Shown one piece after another: positions 35,862 to 46,626 of a stretch of 64,000 nt of DNA (position 1 is its first letter; the number at the start of each line of letters is the position of its first letter). The stretch covers positions 115 through 64,114 of the forward strand of contig CAYTAJ010000002.1 in assembly GCA_964435725.1 (NCBI GenBank). The letters are read 5' to 3'. A program made the translations under genes and the position numbers. The notes beneath the pieces were generated by a model. It was not told where the DNA came from and did not search any database. It was given only the letters and a program-made list of their open reading frames with translations. Origin of the DNA: an uncultured Algimonas sp. (GTDB taxonomy: Bacteria > Pseudomonadota > Alphaproteobacteria > Caulobacterales > Maricaulaceae).

Positions 35862-37380
35862 CGCGACCTTTATTCACCAGCCAGAGGCGATCTGCGGTCG
35901 CCTCTGCCAAGTAAACATCATGGGTAATTAAAAGGACTGCGCCCGGGAAATCATTAAGCGCGTAAATTAGAGCCTCCCGACTATCAATGTCCAAATGTGA
36001 CGTTGGCTCATCCAATATCAAAACATGCGGTTTATCGATGGACATAAGTCCCAATAGAAGCCGCACTTTCTCACCACCTGAAAGTTTTTCAACATTCGTT
36101 TCAACTTTTTCATGAGAGAACCCGATCTGAGCCGCAGCGCCCCGCGCTTTGTGTTGTGGGGTTCCGGCCGGGAGTTTTTGAGTCACGTGATCTAAAACTG
36201 TTTCGCCCGCTGTCAGCTCATCGAGTTGGTCTTGCGAAAAATAACCGATGCGCAGTGAAGACGACGCTTTGCGTTTCCCTGTCATAAGTGGGAGGCGTTG
36301 GGCGATGGATTTAACCAAAGTTGTTTTGCCCTGACCATTTGCGCCCACAATAGCGATGCGGTCATCCGGGTCTAAACGTAGATTGACGTTGGACAATATT
36401 TTCGCGTCTTCGCCATAGCCCAGGTCAGCCTCTTCTAGCTCTAACATAGGCGGCGCGAGCTTACCTTTAGGTTCGGGGAATTTAAACGGTGTTGCGCGCT
36501 CCGTAATCGGGATAGCAATGTCCTGCATTTTCTCCAGCATTTTGACGCGTGATTGTGCTTGGCGGGCTTTTGAGGCTTTGGCTTTAAACCTGTCGACGAA
36601 AGCTTGAAGATGGGCGCGATCAGCTTCTTGTTTGGCTTTTTGAGCAACAAGTTGCGCTGTCTTTGCGGCTTGTAACGTCATCCAATCATCATAGCCGCCG
36701 GGTGTGACGGTGAGTTGCTGATGCTCCAAAGCTAGTGTGTGCGTTACAGACCGATTGAGCATTTCACGGTCATGGCTAACCATAATCACGGTATGCGGAT
36801 ATTTTCGGATATAGCTTTCGAGCCAAGCGGCGCCTTCAAGATCAAGATAGTTTGTCGGCTCATCCAATAAGAGGCAATCCGGTTCACTCACAAGCACACC
36901 GGCAATCGCGGCGCGCATCCGCCACCCGCCGGAGAATTCTTTTGTGGCGCGGTAAAAATCATCTTGTTGAAAGCCCAAACCCGCTAAGACTATCGCGGCG
37001 CGCGTATCGGCGTTCCACGCATCCATATCGGTCAGGCGTTCATATATTTCGCCTAATTTATCGGGGTCTGTTTCCGTTTCAGACGCTTTCATTAATTTAT
37101 GACGCTCTTGATCGGCTGCGAGAACCACATCCATGATAGTGTCGTCTGTGGCTTCGACTTCTTGGGCGACCCACCCCAAACGTGCCCGTTTATTGAGGCG
37201 AATAGAGGCATCAGATGTCGGGTTTTCGACCTCCTCGCGTATTAATCGCAAGAGCGTAGATTTACCTGTTCCGTTACGTCCAATCAAACCGACTTTCCAA
37301 CCCGCCGCAATCTGCGCCGAAGCTTTGCGGAAAAGCGGTCGGCCCTGAACGGCATAATCAAGGTCATTAATCGATAACAT
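35797..37380 (-). CDS. ABC-F family ATP-binding protein
   Basis: Two NBDs (GRNGTGKST/FSGGW/LLDE and GANGQGKTT/LSGGE/ILDE) with an inter-domain linker and no TMs. Confidence 0.93.
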   Translation of the reverse strand: MLSINDLDYAVQGRPLFRKASAQIAAGWKVGLIGRNGTGKSTLLRLIREEVENPTSDASIRLNKRARLGWVAQEVEATDDTIMDVVLAADQERHKLMKASETETDPDKLGEIYERLTDMDAWNADTRAAIVLAGLGFQQDDFYRATKEFSGGWRMRAAIAGVLVSEPDCLLLDEPTNYLDLEGAAWLESYIRKYPHTVIMVSHDREMLNRSVTHTLALEHQQLTVTPGGYDDWMTLQAAKTAQLVAQKAKQEADRAHLQAFVDRFKAKASKARQAQSRVKMLEKMQDIAIPITERATPFKFPEPKGKLAPPMLELEEADLGYGEDAKILSNVNLRLDPDDRIAIVGANGQGKTTLVKSIAQRLPLMTGKRKASSSLRIGYFSQDQLDELTAGETVLDHVTQKLPAGTPQHKARGAAAQIGFSHEKVETNVEKLSGGEKVRLLLGLMSIDKPHVLILDEPTSHLDIDSREALIYALNDFPGAVLLITHDVYLAEATADRLWLVNKGRAKRYDGDLKDYKKLVMQADRA

Positions 37381-37508
37381 GCGCGCGCCTTAAGCAATGC
37401 AGAACAGAACGCAAGAAGAAAGCGCTGTCATATTCGCTGCGATACAGGACATTTGACATAGAAGATTGCCCGCTTACTACTTAGAGAAAAACGTTAAGGG
37501 AATATATT

Positions 37509-37775
37509 TTGACAACAAAATCTGAGACGTCCGACCCAAAAGGGTATTGGAAAGCCATGATCCGCCTAACCATTGGACTTCTTATTGTTTGGTTTTTAGC
37601 GTCCTTTGGGGCGGGCATATTATTTCGTGAAGCTTTGGATAATTTTAAAATCGGTGGAGCGCCGCTTGGTTTTTGGTTCGCGCAAAATGGGGCCATCTAT
37701 ATCTTTCTCATTTTGATTGTAATTTATTGTCGTCAAATGACAAAGCTCGAAAAGAAATTTGGAATTAAGGGTTAG
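37509..37775 (+). CDS. DUF4212 small membrane protein (actP partner)
   Basis: YWKA..., GAPLGFWFAQNG motif, two TMs, directly upstream of the symporter. TTG start. Confidence 0.85.
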   Translation: MTTKSETSDPKGYWKAMIRLTIGLLIVWFLASFGAGILFREALDNFKIGGAPLGFWFAQNGAIYIFLILIVIYCRQMTKLEKKFGIKG

Positions 37776-37778
37776 GTC

Positions 37779-39575
37779 ATGGATCAAACTCTTTGGACAT
37801 ACTTTTTCGTTATCCTGACTTTCGGTCTTTATATCGGTATCGCCTTTTGGGCGAAGGCCGGATCGACTGAGGATTTTTATGTTGCCGGACATGATATTCA
37901 TCCTGCCCTGAATGGTATGGCAACGGGCGCGGACTGGATGAGTGCGGCGTCTTTCTTATCCATGGCCGGATTAATCGCCTTTTTAGGCTATGGCGGCTCT
38001 GTCTATCTTATGGGCTGGACCGGGGGTTATGTACTACTGGCATTACTCCTCGCGCCTTTCTTGCGGGAGTTCGGAAAGTTTACCGTGCCCGATTTTGTCG
38101 GTGACCGCTATTATTCAAAAGTCGCGCGGGTCATTGCCGTTATTTGTGCTTTGATGGTGTCTTTCACCTATATTGCCGGGCAAATGAAAGGCGTCGGTGT
38201 TGCGTTCTCTTCGTTCTTAGGCGTTGATTTTAATGTCGGAATTGTCATCGGGTCTGCCATCGTTTTCTTCTATGCGGTGCTCGGCGGGATGAAAGGCATT
38301 ACCTATACGCAAGTCGCACAATATGTTGTGTTGATCTTTGCTTATACCGTCCCTGCGATCTTTATCTCACTCACCATTACAGGGAACCCGATCCCTCAAT
38401 TGGGCTTTATCGGAAATGCGGCCGGTACGGATGTCAGCATGTTAGAAAAGCTGAACACAGTGGTGACTGATTTAGGCTTCACGGAATATACCTCGACAAC
38501 CAAGTCAAAGATTGATGTGTTCTGCATTACGGCTGCGCTGATGTTTGGCACAGCGGGATTACCTCATGTGATTATTCGTTTCTTTACAGTGGGTTCGGCT
38601 CAGGCCGCTCGTAAGTCAGCGGGTTGGGCTCTCATGTTCATCGCTTGTCTTTATACAGTCGCACCTGCCGTTGGCGCTTTTGCCCGTATGAACTTCATAG
38701 ATACAGTCAATGAAGCGACCTATATCGCGGATGGTGAAAACTATGATGAGCGCGCCGCGCAAATTATCGCGGATGGTGGCAAGCCTGTCCCTGTCTGGTA
38801 TAAGACATGGGAAGAAACAGGCCTTCTGAAATATGATGATCTGAATGGTGATGGTGTGATGCAATATCGTGGGCCAAATGCACCTGATGGTGTGGCGAAT
38901 GAGGTCGTGCCAAACCGTGACATCTTCGTGTTAGCTAATCCGCAAATTGCCAATTTGCCGGATTGGGTTGTTGGTTTGGTCGTAGCCGGTGGTCTGGCGG
39001 CGGCGCTGTCAACGGCAGCAGGGCTGCTCATGGTGATTTCCTCAGCGGTCAGTCATGACTTGTTAAAGCGAACTTTTACGCCGCAAATGACCGAGAAACA
39101 GGAAATGCTGGCGGCACGCCTTGCGGCGGCTGCGGCTGTTGTGTCTTCGGCCTTGTTAGGGGCTTTTGCTTCGTCACTTCCCTTTGTCGCACAGGTGGTT
39201 GCTTTTGCTTTCGGCATTGCGGCGGCCTCACTCTTCCCGATTATCTTCCTAGGTATTTTCTGGAAGCGTATGAATAAGGAAGGCGCGATTGCGTCCATGC
39301 TTGTCGGTTTGATTTCGACAGTGGGCTATATTTGCTACTTCAAATTCTTTGGTGGGACAGAAGAGGGCTGGTGGTTCAACTTCGGCGATGGTGGCGTGTC
39401 ACCGGAAGGTATTGGATTTGTCGTCATGTGGTTCTCGGCGGCTTTGGGTATTGTGGTCTCATTGGTCACAGCCGCACCGCCGCAAGATATACAAGACCTT
39501 GTCGAAGATATCCGTATTCCCGGCACGCGTCAGCCACATGGTATTGCCGATTCAGATATGTTACCTTCTAAGTAA
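37779..39575 (+). CDS. actP: sodium:solute symporter, acetate permease type
   Basis: [49 protein letters not shown]. Adjacent to acs. Confidence 0.88.
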   Translation: MDQTLWTYFFVILTFGLYIGIAFWAKAGSTEDFYVAGHDIHPALNGMATGADWMSAASFLSMAGLIAFLGYGGSVYLMGWTGGYVLLALLLAPFLREFGKFTVPDFVGDRYYSKVARVIAVICALMVSFTYIAGQMKGVGVAFSSFLGVDFNVGIVIGSAIVFFYAVLGGMKGITYTQVAQYVVLIFAYTVPAIFISLTITGNPIPQLGFIGNAAGTDVSMLEKLNTVVTDLGFTEYTSTTKSKIDVFCITAALMFGTAGLPHVIIRFFTVGSAQAARKSAGWALMFIACLYTVAPAVGAFARMNFIDTVNEATYIADGENYDERAAQIIADGGKPVPVWYKTWEETGLLKYDDLNGDGVMQYRGPNAPDGVANEVVPNRDIFVLANPQIANLPDWVVGLVVAGGLAAALSTAAGLLMVISSAVSHDLLKRTFTPQMTEKQEMLAARLAAAAAVVSSALLGAFASSLPFVAQVVAFAFGIAAASLFPIIFLGIFWKRMNKEGAIASMLVGLISTVGYICYFKFFGGTEEGWWFNFGDGGVSPEGIGFVVMWFSAALGIVVSLVTAAPPQDIQDLVEDIRIPGTRQPHGIADSDMLPSK

Positions 39576-39604
39576 ATCTAGGTCTTAGATATGAAGAGTT
39601 CACA

Positions 39605-41548
39605 ATGAGCGACGATACAAAACTTTATCCGGTGCCGCACAAGTTTGCACAGCAAGCTAATCTTACTCCTGAGCGCTATAAAGAAATGTATGCGCAATCT
39701 ATCAAAGACCCTGAAAGTTTTTGGGCAGAGCAGGGCAAACGCCTGAATTGGATGACGCCTTATAGCCGCGCGAAGAATGTCTCTTGGGAAGAGGGCGACT
39801 TCAATATTGAATGGTACACCGATGGTGTTTTGAATGTCACGGAAAACTGCCTTGATCGTCATCTTGAAACGAGAGGCGATAAGACCGCGATTATCTGGGA
39901 AGCCGATAGTCCCAGCGCGTCTAAAAAACTGACCTATCGTGAGCTGCATCGTGAAGTCTGTCGGTTTGCGAATGTCTTGAAGGCTAATGGTGTCAAGAAA
40001 GGCGATCGTGTCACGATTTATATGCCCATGATACTCGAGGCCAGTTATGCGATACTCGCCTGTGCCCGTATCGGAGCCATCCACAGTGTTGTCTTTGGCG
40101 GGTTCTCTCCGGATGCTCTGGCTGGGCGTATTACCGATTGTGACAGCACATTTGTCATCACAGCGGATGAAGGTCTGCGCGGTACAAAACGTGTCCCGCT
40201 AAAAGCCAATTGTAATGCGGCTTGTGACATTGCCGGTATTGTGAAAACGGTTCTCACTGTGCGGCATACGGGCGGTGACGTCGCTATGAAAGACGGTCGT
40301 GATGTTTGGTTGCATGAAGCCTTGGAGAGCGTTTCTGATGATTGTCCGCCTGAGCCCATGAAGGCCGAAGATCCACTTTTCATCCTTTATACAAGTGGGT
40401 CTACGGGCAAACCCAAAGGCGTGCTCCATACAACGGGCGGATATCTTGTTTGGGCCTCTATGACCCATGAATATGTTTTCGACCTCAAAGAAGACGATGT
40501 GTATTGGTGTTCCGCCGATGTGGGCTGGGTGACTGGTCATACCTATATCGTGTATGGGCCGCTCGCCAATGGGGCGACGACGGTCATGTTTGAAGGCGTC
40601 CCGACCTATCCGGATGCCTCACGGTTCTGGCAGGTGTGTGATGAGCACAAGGTTTCTATTTTTTACACCGCCCCGACGGCCATACGTGCGTTGATGCGAG
40701 AAGGTGAGGGCCCCGTTAAAGCGACATCGAGAAAGTCCCTGCGCTTATTGGGCACGGTTGGTGAACCCATTAATCCTGAGGCTTGGGAATGGTATTTCCA
40801 TGTCGTCGGTGATGGTCGCTGCCCGATTGTTGATACATGGTGGCAGACAGAAACGGGCGGGGCGATGATTGTTCCGCTACCGGGGGGCAGTGATATGAAA
40901 CCTGGGGCTGGGTCTCATCCTTTCTTTGGTATCAAGCCTGAACTGGTCGATGCAGACGGTAACACGCTAGACGGCGCAACTGAAGGGAATTTGATTATTA
41001 CCGATAGTTGGCCGGGACAGATGCGAACTGTCTATGGCAATCACCAGCGTTTTAAAGAGACTTATTTCTCGGCCTATCCGGGCAATTATTTTACGGGCGA
41101 TGGTTGTCGTCGTGACAAGGACGGGTTCTATTGGATTACGGGTCGCGTTGATGACGTGATTAATGTCTCCGGCCACCGTATGGGGACGGCCGAAGTCGAA
41201 AGCGCGCTTGTCGCGCATGACGCTATCGCGGAAGCGGCTGTTGTCGGCTATCCGCATGATATTAAAGGGCAGGGTATCTACGCCTACGTCACCGTAAGAG
41301 CGGGTGTTGAGGTGGATGAGGCGTTGCGCAAAAGTCTCGTTCAGCATGTTCGGGCAGATATTGGGCCGATTGCGACGCCTGATCTTATTCAATTTGCGCC
41401 GGGCCTTCCGAAAACACGGTCCGGAAAAATCATGCGGCGTATCTTGCGCAAAATAGCGGAAAATGAGTTTGGGAATCTTGGAGATACCTCAACGCTCGCC
41501 GATCCAAGCGTGGTTGATGATTTGATTGAGAATAGAATGAATCGTTAA
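39605..41548 (+). CDS. acs: acetyl-CoA synthetase
   Basis: [44 protein letters not shown]. Confidence 0.97.
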   Translation: MSDDTKLYPVPHKFAQQANLTPERYKEMYAQSIKDPESFWAEQGKRLNWMTPYSRAKNVSWEEGDFNIEWYTDGVLNVTENCLDRHLETRGDKTAIIWEADSPSASKKLTYRELHREVCRFANVLKANGVKKGDRVTIYMPMILEASYAILACARIGAIHSVVFGGFSPDALAGRITDCDSTFVITADEGLRGTKRVPLKANCNAACDIAGIVKTVLTVRHTGGDVAMKDGRDVWLHEALESVSDDCPPEPMKAEDPLFILYTSGSTGKPKGVLHTTGGYLVWASMTHEYVFDLKEDDVYWCSADVGWVTGHTYIVYGPLANGATTVMFEGVPTYPDASRFWQVCDEHKVSIFYTAPTAIRALMREGEGPVKATSRKSLRLLGTVGEPINPEAWEWYFHVVGDGRCPIVDTWWQTETGGAMIVPLPGGSDMKPGAGSHPFFGIKPELVDADGNTLDGATEGNLIITDSWPGQMRTVYGNHQRFKETYFSAYPGNYFTGDGCRRDKDGFYWITGRVDDVINVSGHRMGTAEVESALVAHDAIAEAAVVGYPHDIKGQGIYAYVTVRAGVEVDEALRKSLVQHVRADIGPIATPDLIQFAPGLPKTRSGKIMRRILRKIAENEFGNLGDTSTLADPSVVDDLIENRMNR

Positions 41549-41576
41549 ATACAAAAGATAGGGTATCTATCGATTG

Positions 41577-41605
41577 AGCCACTCTCTTCTAAGGGTGGCT
41601 TTTTT
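41577..41605 (+). terminator. intrinsic terminator after acs
   Basis: AGCCACTCT-cttcta-AGGGTGGCT followed by a T run. Confidence 0.75.
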
Positions 41606-41710
41606 ATTTAATTTATAAGGCAAGTATAGATATGGCCCGAGCCATCAATTGAAACATCACCCACTTATATCGACGTGATGAATGAAAACTCGAGCAATTT
41701 ATCTATATAG

Positions 41711-42982
41711 CTACGGGACTAACAACAATGAAATTGCCGGGATATATGTGACCAATAGCAAACAGATGATAAGCGCCAGATAAAACGGCCACATCGTTTT
41801 GATTGTATCCTCGACTTTGATTTTACCAACAGCGGCTCCGACAAAGAGCACTGTTCCCACGGGTGGTGTGATTGTGCCAATACCGAGGGCTAACATCATG
41901 ATAATTCCAAAATGCACAGGATCAACACCAATGGTCTGAACAACCGGCAAAAAGATTGGTGTCACGATAATGATCAGCGGGGCCATATCCATAAAAGTAC
42001 CTAGGACAAGCAAGCAGGCTAAGACCATCAAAAGAATGAGGACAGGATTACTCGTCGCGCCAAGAATTAGGTCTGACATCATCGTTGGAGCCTCAAGAAG
42101 GGCAAGGAGCCAACCAAATGCTGCGGCTGCACCAATAATCAGCATAATCATCGCTGTCGTTTTGGTGGAATTAATAACGGCAGCTTTGAACTCTTTGAGC
42201 CCCAAGGAACGGTAGACAAAAATACCAATAATCAGCGTATAGACAATGGCGACAGCTGAACTTTCGGTCGGCGTAAAGACGCCACCCAAAATACCCACGA
42301 CGATGATGATGGCGGTCATCAGGCCGGGTATAGCGGCGAGGGCAGAATATAGAAGCGCGCGGAAGCCTGGGAAGACCCCTTTGGCATAACCCTTGCGCGC
42401 CGCAAGAATAGAAACAGTGACCATCAAAGCCAAACCACACAGTATGCCCGGTAAAATACCAGCCACAAAAAGGTCTCCGATTGAAATAGAGACGGCGGCA
42501 GCCGCTGAATAAATAATCATATTATGGCTAGGCGGAATAATCAGGCCCAACACAGCGGCTGAAGAGGTGACGTTAACGGCGAAATCTCTGTCATATCCCT
42601 TTTCTTCCATGATTGGGATCATCGTACTACCGATAGCGGACACACTGGCGATAGCGGAACCTGATACGGCACCGAACATCATCGATGCCCCAACATTAAC
42701 ATGGCCGAGGCCGCCGCGAACACGTCCGAAGAGACCTTCTGCGACCTTAATGAGGCGTGCGGCAATTCCGGTTTGAGTCATAAGGTCTCCGGCAAAGACA
42801 AAGAAAGGAATGGCCATAAGCGTGAAGACATCAATCCCGGCGGATAAACGCTGAACAGCGATAAGCGGGTTAAGTCCGATAAACGCAAAGACAATCATTG
42901 ACGAAATAAGCAAGGCGAACGCGACGGGGACGCGAATGGCAAGCAGGCCTAGAAGGCTAAAGAGGAGAAGTAAAAGTTCCAT
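41711..42982 (-). CDS. dctM: TRAP transporter large permease
   Basis: MAIPFFVFAGDLM, FGAVSGSAIAS, IIPPS, FTPTESS, GTITPPVG. Confidence 0.94.
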   Translation of the reverse strand: MELLLLLFSLLGLLAIRVPVAFALLISSMIVFAFIGLNPLIAVQRLSAGIDVFTLMAIPFFVFAGDLMTQTGIAARLIKVAEGLFGRVRGGLGHVNVGASMMFGAVSGSAIASVSAIGSTMIPIMEEKGYDRDFAVNVTSSAAVLGLIIPPSHNMIIYSAAAAVSISIGDLFVAGILPGILCGLALMVTVSILAARKGYAKGVFPGFRALLYSALAAIPGLMTAIIIVVGILGGVFTPTESSAVAIVYTLIIGIFVYRSLGLKEFKAAVINSTKTTAMIMLIIGAAAAFGWLLALLEAPTMMSDLILGATSNPVLILLMVLACLLVLGTFMDMAPLIIIVTPIFLPVVQTIGVDPVHFGIIMMLALGIGTITPPVGTVLFVGAAVGKIKVEDTIKTMWPFYLALIICLLLVTYIPAISLLLVP

Positions 42983-42983
42983 T

Positions 42984-43466
42984 TTATTTCACCTTTTCAA
43001 CGGTTGGTGCCGTAAATTCTTCGTGGAGTTGCGCCAGTGCGAAGAGAATAATAAGGGCGCCAGAGATAGGAATGGGTAAGAGAGCAAGACCGCGCGGAAT
43101 TCCCAATGCGGGAATATCAAAAGCCCAAAGCGTTGTCGTTAATTGCCATCCGGCAATCACCATAACTAATCCCGCTATTGCAACGGATAAATTGGCAATA
43201 ACGTCAAATGACTTGCCTATTTTCGCGGGAAATGCGTTCCGAATGGCGTCAATGCGAATATGGAATTTTTCATAAACGCCCGTCGCAGCACCAAAGAAGA
43301 CAAGGTAGCCCAATAGCACAAGCGACAGTCTTTCGGACCAAGCTGGACTATTGTTAAAGAAATATCTGGCAATAACTTGATAGGAAATAATCGCTGTCAT
43401 TGCGACAATACAAACCGAACTTATCAGTAAACAGGTGCGGCTTAGAAACGCTAAAAGGGTCTTCAT
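42984..43466 (-). CDS. dctQ: TRAP transporter small permease
   Basis: QVIARYFFN.SPAWSE, HIRID, four TMs. Confidence 0.92.
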   Translation of the reverse strand: MKTLLAFLSRTCLLISSVCIVAMTAIISYQVIARYFFNNSPAWSERLSLVLLGYLVFFGAATGVYEKFHIRIDAIRNAFPAKIGKSFDVIANLSVAIAGLVMVIAGWQLTTTLWAFDIPALGIPRGLALLPIPISGALIILFALAQLHEEFTAPTVEKVK

Positions 43467-44509
43467 GAGCCTGTCTCCGCTATGCGTTCAATTTTTTTGA
43501 GATAAGGTTCTAGTTGAGGAGTCACGAATTTCTCATAAACAGGGGCCATAAGATCCCTAAATGGAGCTGAGTCTATATCCGATAAAATCTCACCACCTCT
43601 ATCCAATAGAGCTTTTTTCGATTTTTCAACTTCGGCATCCCAGAGATTGCGCATGACGCCCATAGAATGACGGGCGGCCTCTTTTATCAACGCCTGATCG
43701 TCCTCTGAGAAACTCTGCCACGCCCGTAAGCTCATAATCAACATATCAGGTGTTCTGAAGTGTCCTGTTTCAGACATATAACTCGCGACTTCATAATGGC
43801 GAGAGGCAATATAAGCCGGCCAATTGTTTTCGGCACCATCAATAACTTTTTGGACGAGGCCTTGATAAACTTCGCCGTAATTCATCGGCGTGGGATTAGC
43901 TCCCAAGGCACGCATTGTATCTAAAAATATATCAGAATTGGGCACGCGAATTTTCATCCCGTCGAGGTCTGATGGATGCGTAATAAGGCGGTCTGTTGTG
44001 TAAAAACTCCGACCGCCCGTGTCGTAGATTGCAATGCCACGCAGGTTATAATTTTCAAGGGATTCCATAATGTCTTCACCGATATCGCTATCGATGACGG
44101 CGCGTTGATGAGCGGTCGAGCGGAATAAGAAGGGTAAGCTAAAAAGCTTTGTAAGCGGCGCGATATTATTGAGTGCCGCGCTGAATGTTCGCGTCATATC
44201 CAAACCGCCAAACATGGCGATTTCTAATGTGCTGCCTTCGGATCCCAGTTGTCCGCCGGGATAAAACTTTACACCAAGGCGACCGTCTGTTTTTTCTTCG
44301 AGATATTCTCCCAAAGCCACAACAGCCGCGGTTGAGGGATAGCTTACGGGCTGAGAGTCTGCGGCATAAATTGAGCGTTTGGTATTGCTGGATGAATCTG
44401 CACAACCAGAAGAGAGCAAAGCTGCACTGCCTAATGCCAATACACCCCGTCTATTTGTTTTTAATGACCCAATTTGTCTCATGGTATTCGCGTGTTTCTT
44501 ATTTTGCAT
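43463..44509 (-). CDS. dctP: TRAP substrate-binding protein with twin-Arg and lipobox signal
   Basis: TNRRGVL...LLSSGC signal; GQLGSE, GMKIRVP, PTPMNYGEVY, DGAENN. Start may be ATG 44482. Confidence 0.9.
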   Translation of the reverse strand: MQNKKHANTMRQIGSLKTNRRGVLALGSAALLSSGCADSSSNTKRSIYAADSQPVSYPSTAAVVALGEYLEEKTDGRLGVKFYPGGQLGSEGSTLEIAMFGGLDMTRTFSAALNNIAPLTKLFSLPFLFRSTAHQRAVIDSDIGEDIMESLENYNLRGIAIYDTGGRSFYTTDRLITHPSDLDGMKIRVPNSDIFLDTMRALGANPTPMNYGEVYQGLVQKVIDGAENNWPAYIASRHYEVASYMSETGHFRTPDMLIMSLRAWQSFSEDDQALIKEAARHSMGVMRNLWDAEVEKSKKALLDRGGEILSDIDSAPFRDLMAPVYEKFVTPQLEPYLKKIERIAETGS

Positions 44510-44556
44510 AAAGTTTTACATAACAGGGTCTGCTTGCTTAGCAAGATTGAAGAGGC

Positions 44557-45072
44557 TTAATGTTCCCAACGTGTGGATAACAGTTTGTAATCAGAATCTT
44601 TTGCCCAAACTTCAAATCGCGGGTTTGAACTGTCTCCCTCAAGAAAGACTTCATATATAATAGCGCCGTCTGTTTGCTTACTCTCAATGACGCGTCCAAC
44701 GCGGTCATTAGGGTTTTTCGCATTTTCTACGAGTTTGCGCGCTGGTTCAGGGACAGAGCTCCAATCCAGATCACGTTGGATTTCGACGATTTCCGGTCCC
44801 GTTGCCTGCATCAAAACATCGAATTCGAGTTCGCTCCCATCTGAGAGCTCACCCTCTACATCATAGTAAACACGTGAACCCCGCTCCTTTTTCAAAACCT
44901 CTGAAATTACGAAGTCAGGCTGCGCCTCTGTTACGAGTGTTTTTACGGAGGCGGGCAGATCTTGCAGAGAAATCTCTGTCGTGATTTCTTTTGCCTCATC
45001 GCTAGCAGATGTGCCGGAACACGCTGAAAAGGCCAAAGCCAGTGACATCAAAGAAAAGATACGTAGGCTCAT
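44557..45072 (-). CDS. lipoprotein with two PepSY-like repeats
   Basis: Lipobox FSAC. Repeats LPASVKTLV...YYDVEG and VPEPARKLV...IYEVFL. ATGA overlap with kduD supports the start at 45072. Confidence 0.7.
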   Translation of the reverse strand: MSLRIFSLMSLALAFSACSGTSASDEAKEITTEISLQDLPASVKTLVTEAQPDFVISEVLKKERGSRVYYDVEGELSDGSELEFDVLMQATGPEIVEIQRDLDWSSVPEPARKLVENAKNPNDRVGRVIESKQTDGAIIYEVFLEGDSSNPRFEVWAKDSDYKLLSTRWEH

Positions 45073-45836
45073 CGCGATAGCCATCCACCGTCAACAGGCA
45101 GAGTAATGCCTTGGACATAGTCAGAGGCCGCAGAAGACAAGAACACGGCCGCGCCGCCGAGGTCAGACGGGTCACCCCATCGTCCGCTTGGAATCCGTCC
45201 CAGTATTTCTGAGTTACGTTTTTCATCAGCTTGCAAAGCCGCTGTATTATTGGTCGCGAAATAACCCGGAGCAATTGCATTCACATTGATGCCATGTTGC
45301 GCCCATTCATTGGCAAGGGCTTTGGTTAAACCACCCACCCCGCTTTTCGAGGCTGTATATGATGGCACGCGAATACCTCCTTGGAAGGTCAACATAGAGG
45401 CAATGTTGATAATTTTTCCGGGTTTATTCTCTGAGACCAGATGGCGCGCAAACGCTTGCGACAAAAAGAATAAGGTCCGTAAGTTGACATTCATCACAGA
45501 GTCCCACTCATCCGGCGTGAAGTCGATGGCCTCATTCCTCTTGATGATGCCAGCATTGTTCACGAGGATATCTGCACGACCTAAGGCTGATACGGCTTCT
45601 TGAACAATCGAAGCGACATTGTCAGATTTACCTAGGTCGGTAAGGATGGAGTGTGTTTTTACACCTAATCCGGAAATTATATCGAGCGTTTCCGTAGGTT
45701 CGGACCGTCCGACTAAAGCGATGTCTGCTCCTGCTTTCGCAAGTGCCACCGCCATGCCTTGACCGAGACCTGTATTAGCGCCTGTAACAAGCGCCGTTTT
45801 TCCGGTTAAATCAAAAGGGTTCTCAGACATAGACAT
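45069..45836 (-). CDS. kduD: 2-dehydro-3-deoxy-D-gluconate 5-dehydrogenase (SDR)
   Basis: VTGANTGLGQG, NNAGII, IASMLTFQGGIRVPSYTASK, NAIAPGY, VDGGWL. Confidence 0.93.
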   Translation of the reverse strand: MSMSENPFDLTGKTALVTGANTGLGQGMAVALAKAGADIALVGRSEPTETLDIISGLGVKTHSILTDLGKSDNVASIVQEAVSALGRADILVNNAGIIKRNEAIDFTPDEWDSVMNVNLRTLFFLSQAFARHLVSENKPGKIINIASMLTFQGGIRVPSYTASKSGVGGLTKALANEWAQHGINVNAIAPGYFATNNTAALQADEKRNSEILGRIPSGRWGDPSDLGGAAVFLSSAASDYVQGITLPVDGGWLSR

Positions 45837-45883
45837 TTCCTAAATCAGCAATCTTGAATGGTTATGTGTTCGCCAGAAAATGA

Positions 45884-46525
45884 TTAGCCAGCGAGAACGT
45901 CTTTTACATAAGCTTTCAGAGCTTCATCTGTTGCATTCGCAAAGAACAGTTCTTCAAACTTTTCACCCGCTGTAGCGGCCTTGACTAAAGCAGGGTCAAC
46001 AGATTTTAAGACTGTTAACATGTCCTGTGTTGCCGCTGATTTTACTTCGCTAAAGATGTTACGATTCTTTGCCATAATCTCTGCACGTTCTTTCGGATAG
46101 CCTACGCCGCGCTCGACTTCGAAAAGCTTGCGGTAGCAGTCTTGGAGGTTAAGTTCAGCCGCCCAGCCGAAACCTTTGGCATAAGGCATTGAAATGGCAT
46201 TACCGTCATTAATTTGACCAAATAAGAAGGCATCCGTTGGATCGATAACAAGGCCGCATACAACATTTGGCATAGCATTCAGTGCCAACATAGCACCCAT
46301 GCCTGTACCACAACCGGATACCACAAAATCGGCGGCGCCTGAATTAACTAAAAGACCCGCCAGCAATCCATTCATGACATATGTCAGTTGAGCGTCATCA
46401 TCAGCCGCGTACATGCCGTAATGTGAAACTGTGTGACCCTGCGGCTCCGCAACGGATTTTAGGGCTTCATACACAACTGGACTTTTTGCCGCCTGGCTGT
46501 TTTCCATAATAAGGGCGATTTTCAT
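45884..46525 (-). CDS. RpiB/LacA/LacB-family isomerase (KduI-substitute / DhuI-like)
   Basis: MKIALIMENSQAAK, VSGCGTGMGA, NDGNAISMPYAKGFGW. Immediately upstream of kduD. Confidence 0.85.
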   Translation of the reverse strand: MKIALIMENSQAAKSPVVYEALKSVAEPQGHTVSHYGMYAADDDAQLTYVMNGLLAGLLVNSGAADFVVSGCGTGMGAMLALNAMPNVVCGLVIDPTDAFLFGQINDGNAISMPYAKGFGWAAELNLQDCYRKLFEVERGVGYPKERAEIMAKNRNIFSEVKSAATQDMLTVLKSVDPALVKAATAGEKFEELFFANATDEALKAYVKDVLAG

Positions 46526-46575
46526 TTCATGCTCCTGCATATTTATATCTGATTATAATGGGATTTCTCATGTAT

Positions 46576-46590
46576 GGTAACCGGTGTCAT
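46576..46590. promoter_or_regulatory. LacI-family operator copy 1
   Basis: GGTAACCGGTGTCAT upstream of the isomerase-kduD operon. Exact reverse complement of copy 2, with a central CG typical of LacI sites. Confidence 0.75.
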
Positions 46591-46626
46591 TACCGGCGTC
46601 TAGGTTTATTACACAAATTTCCGGGA

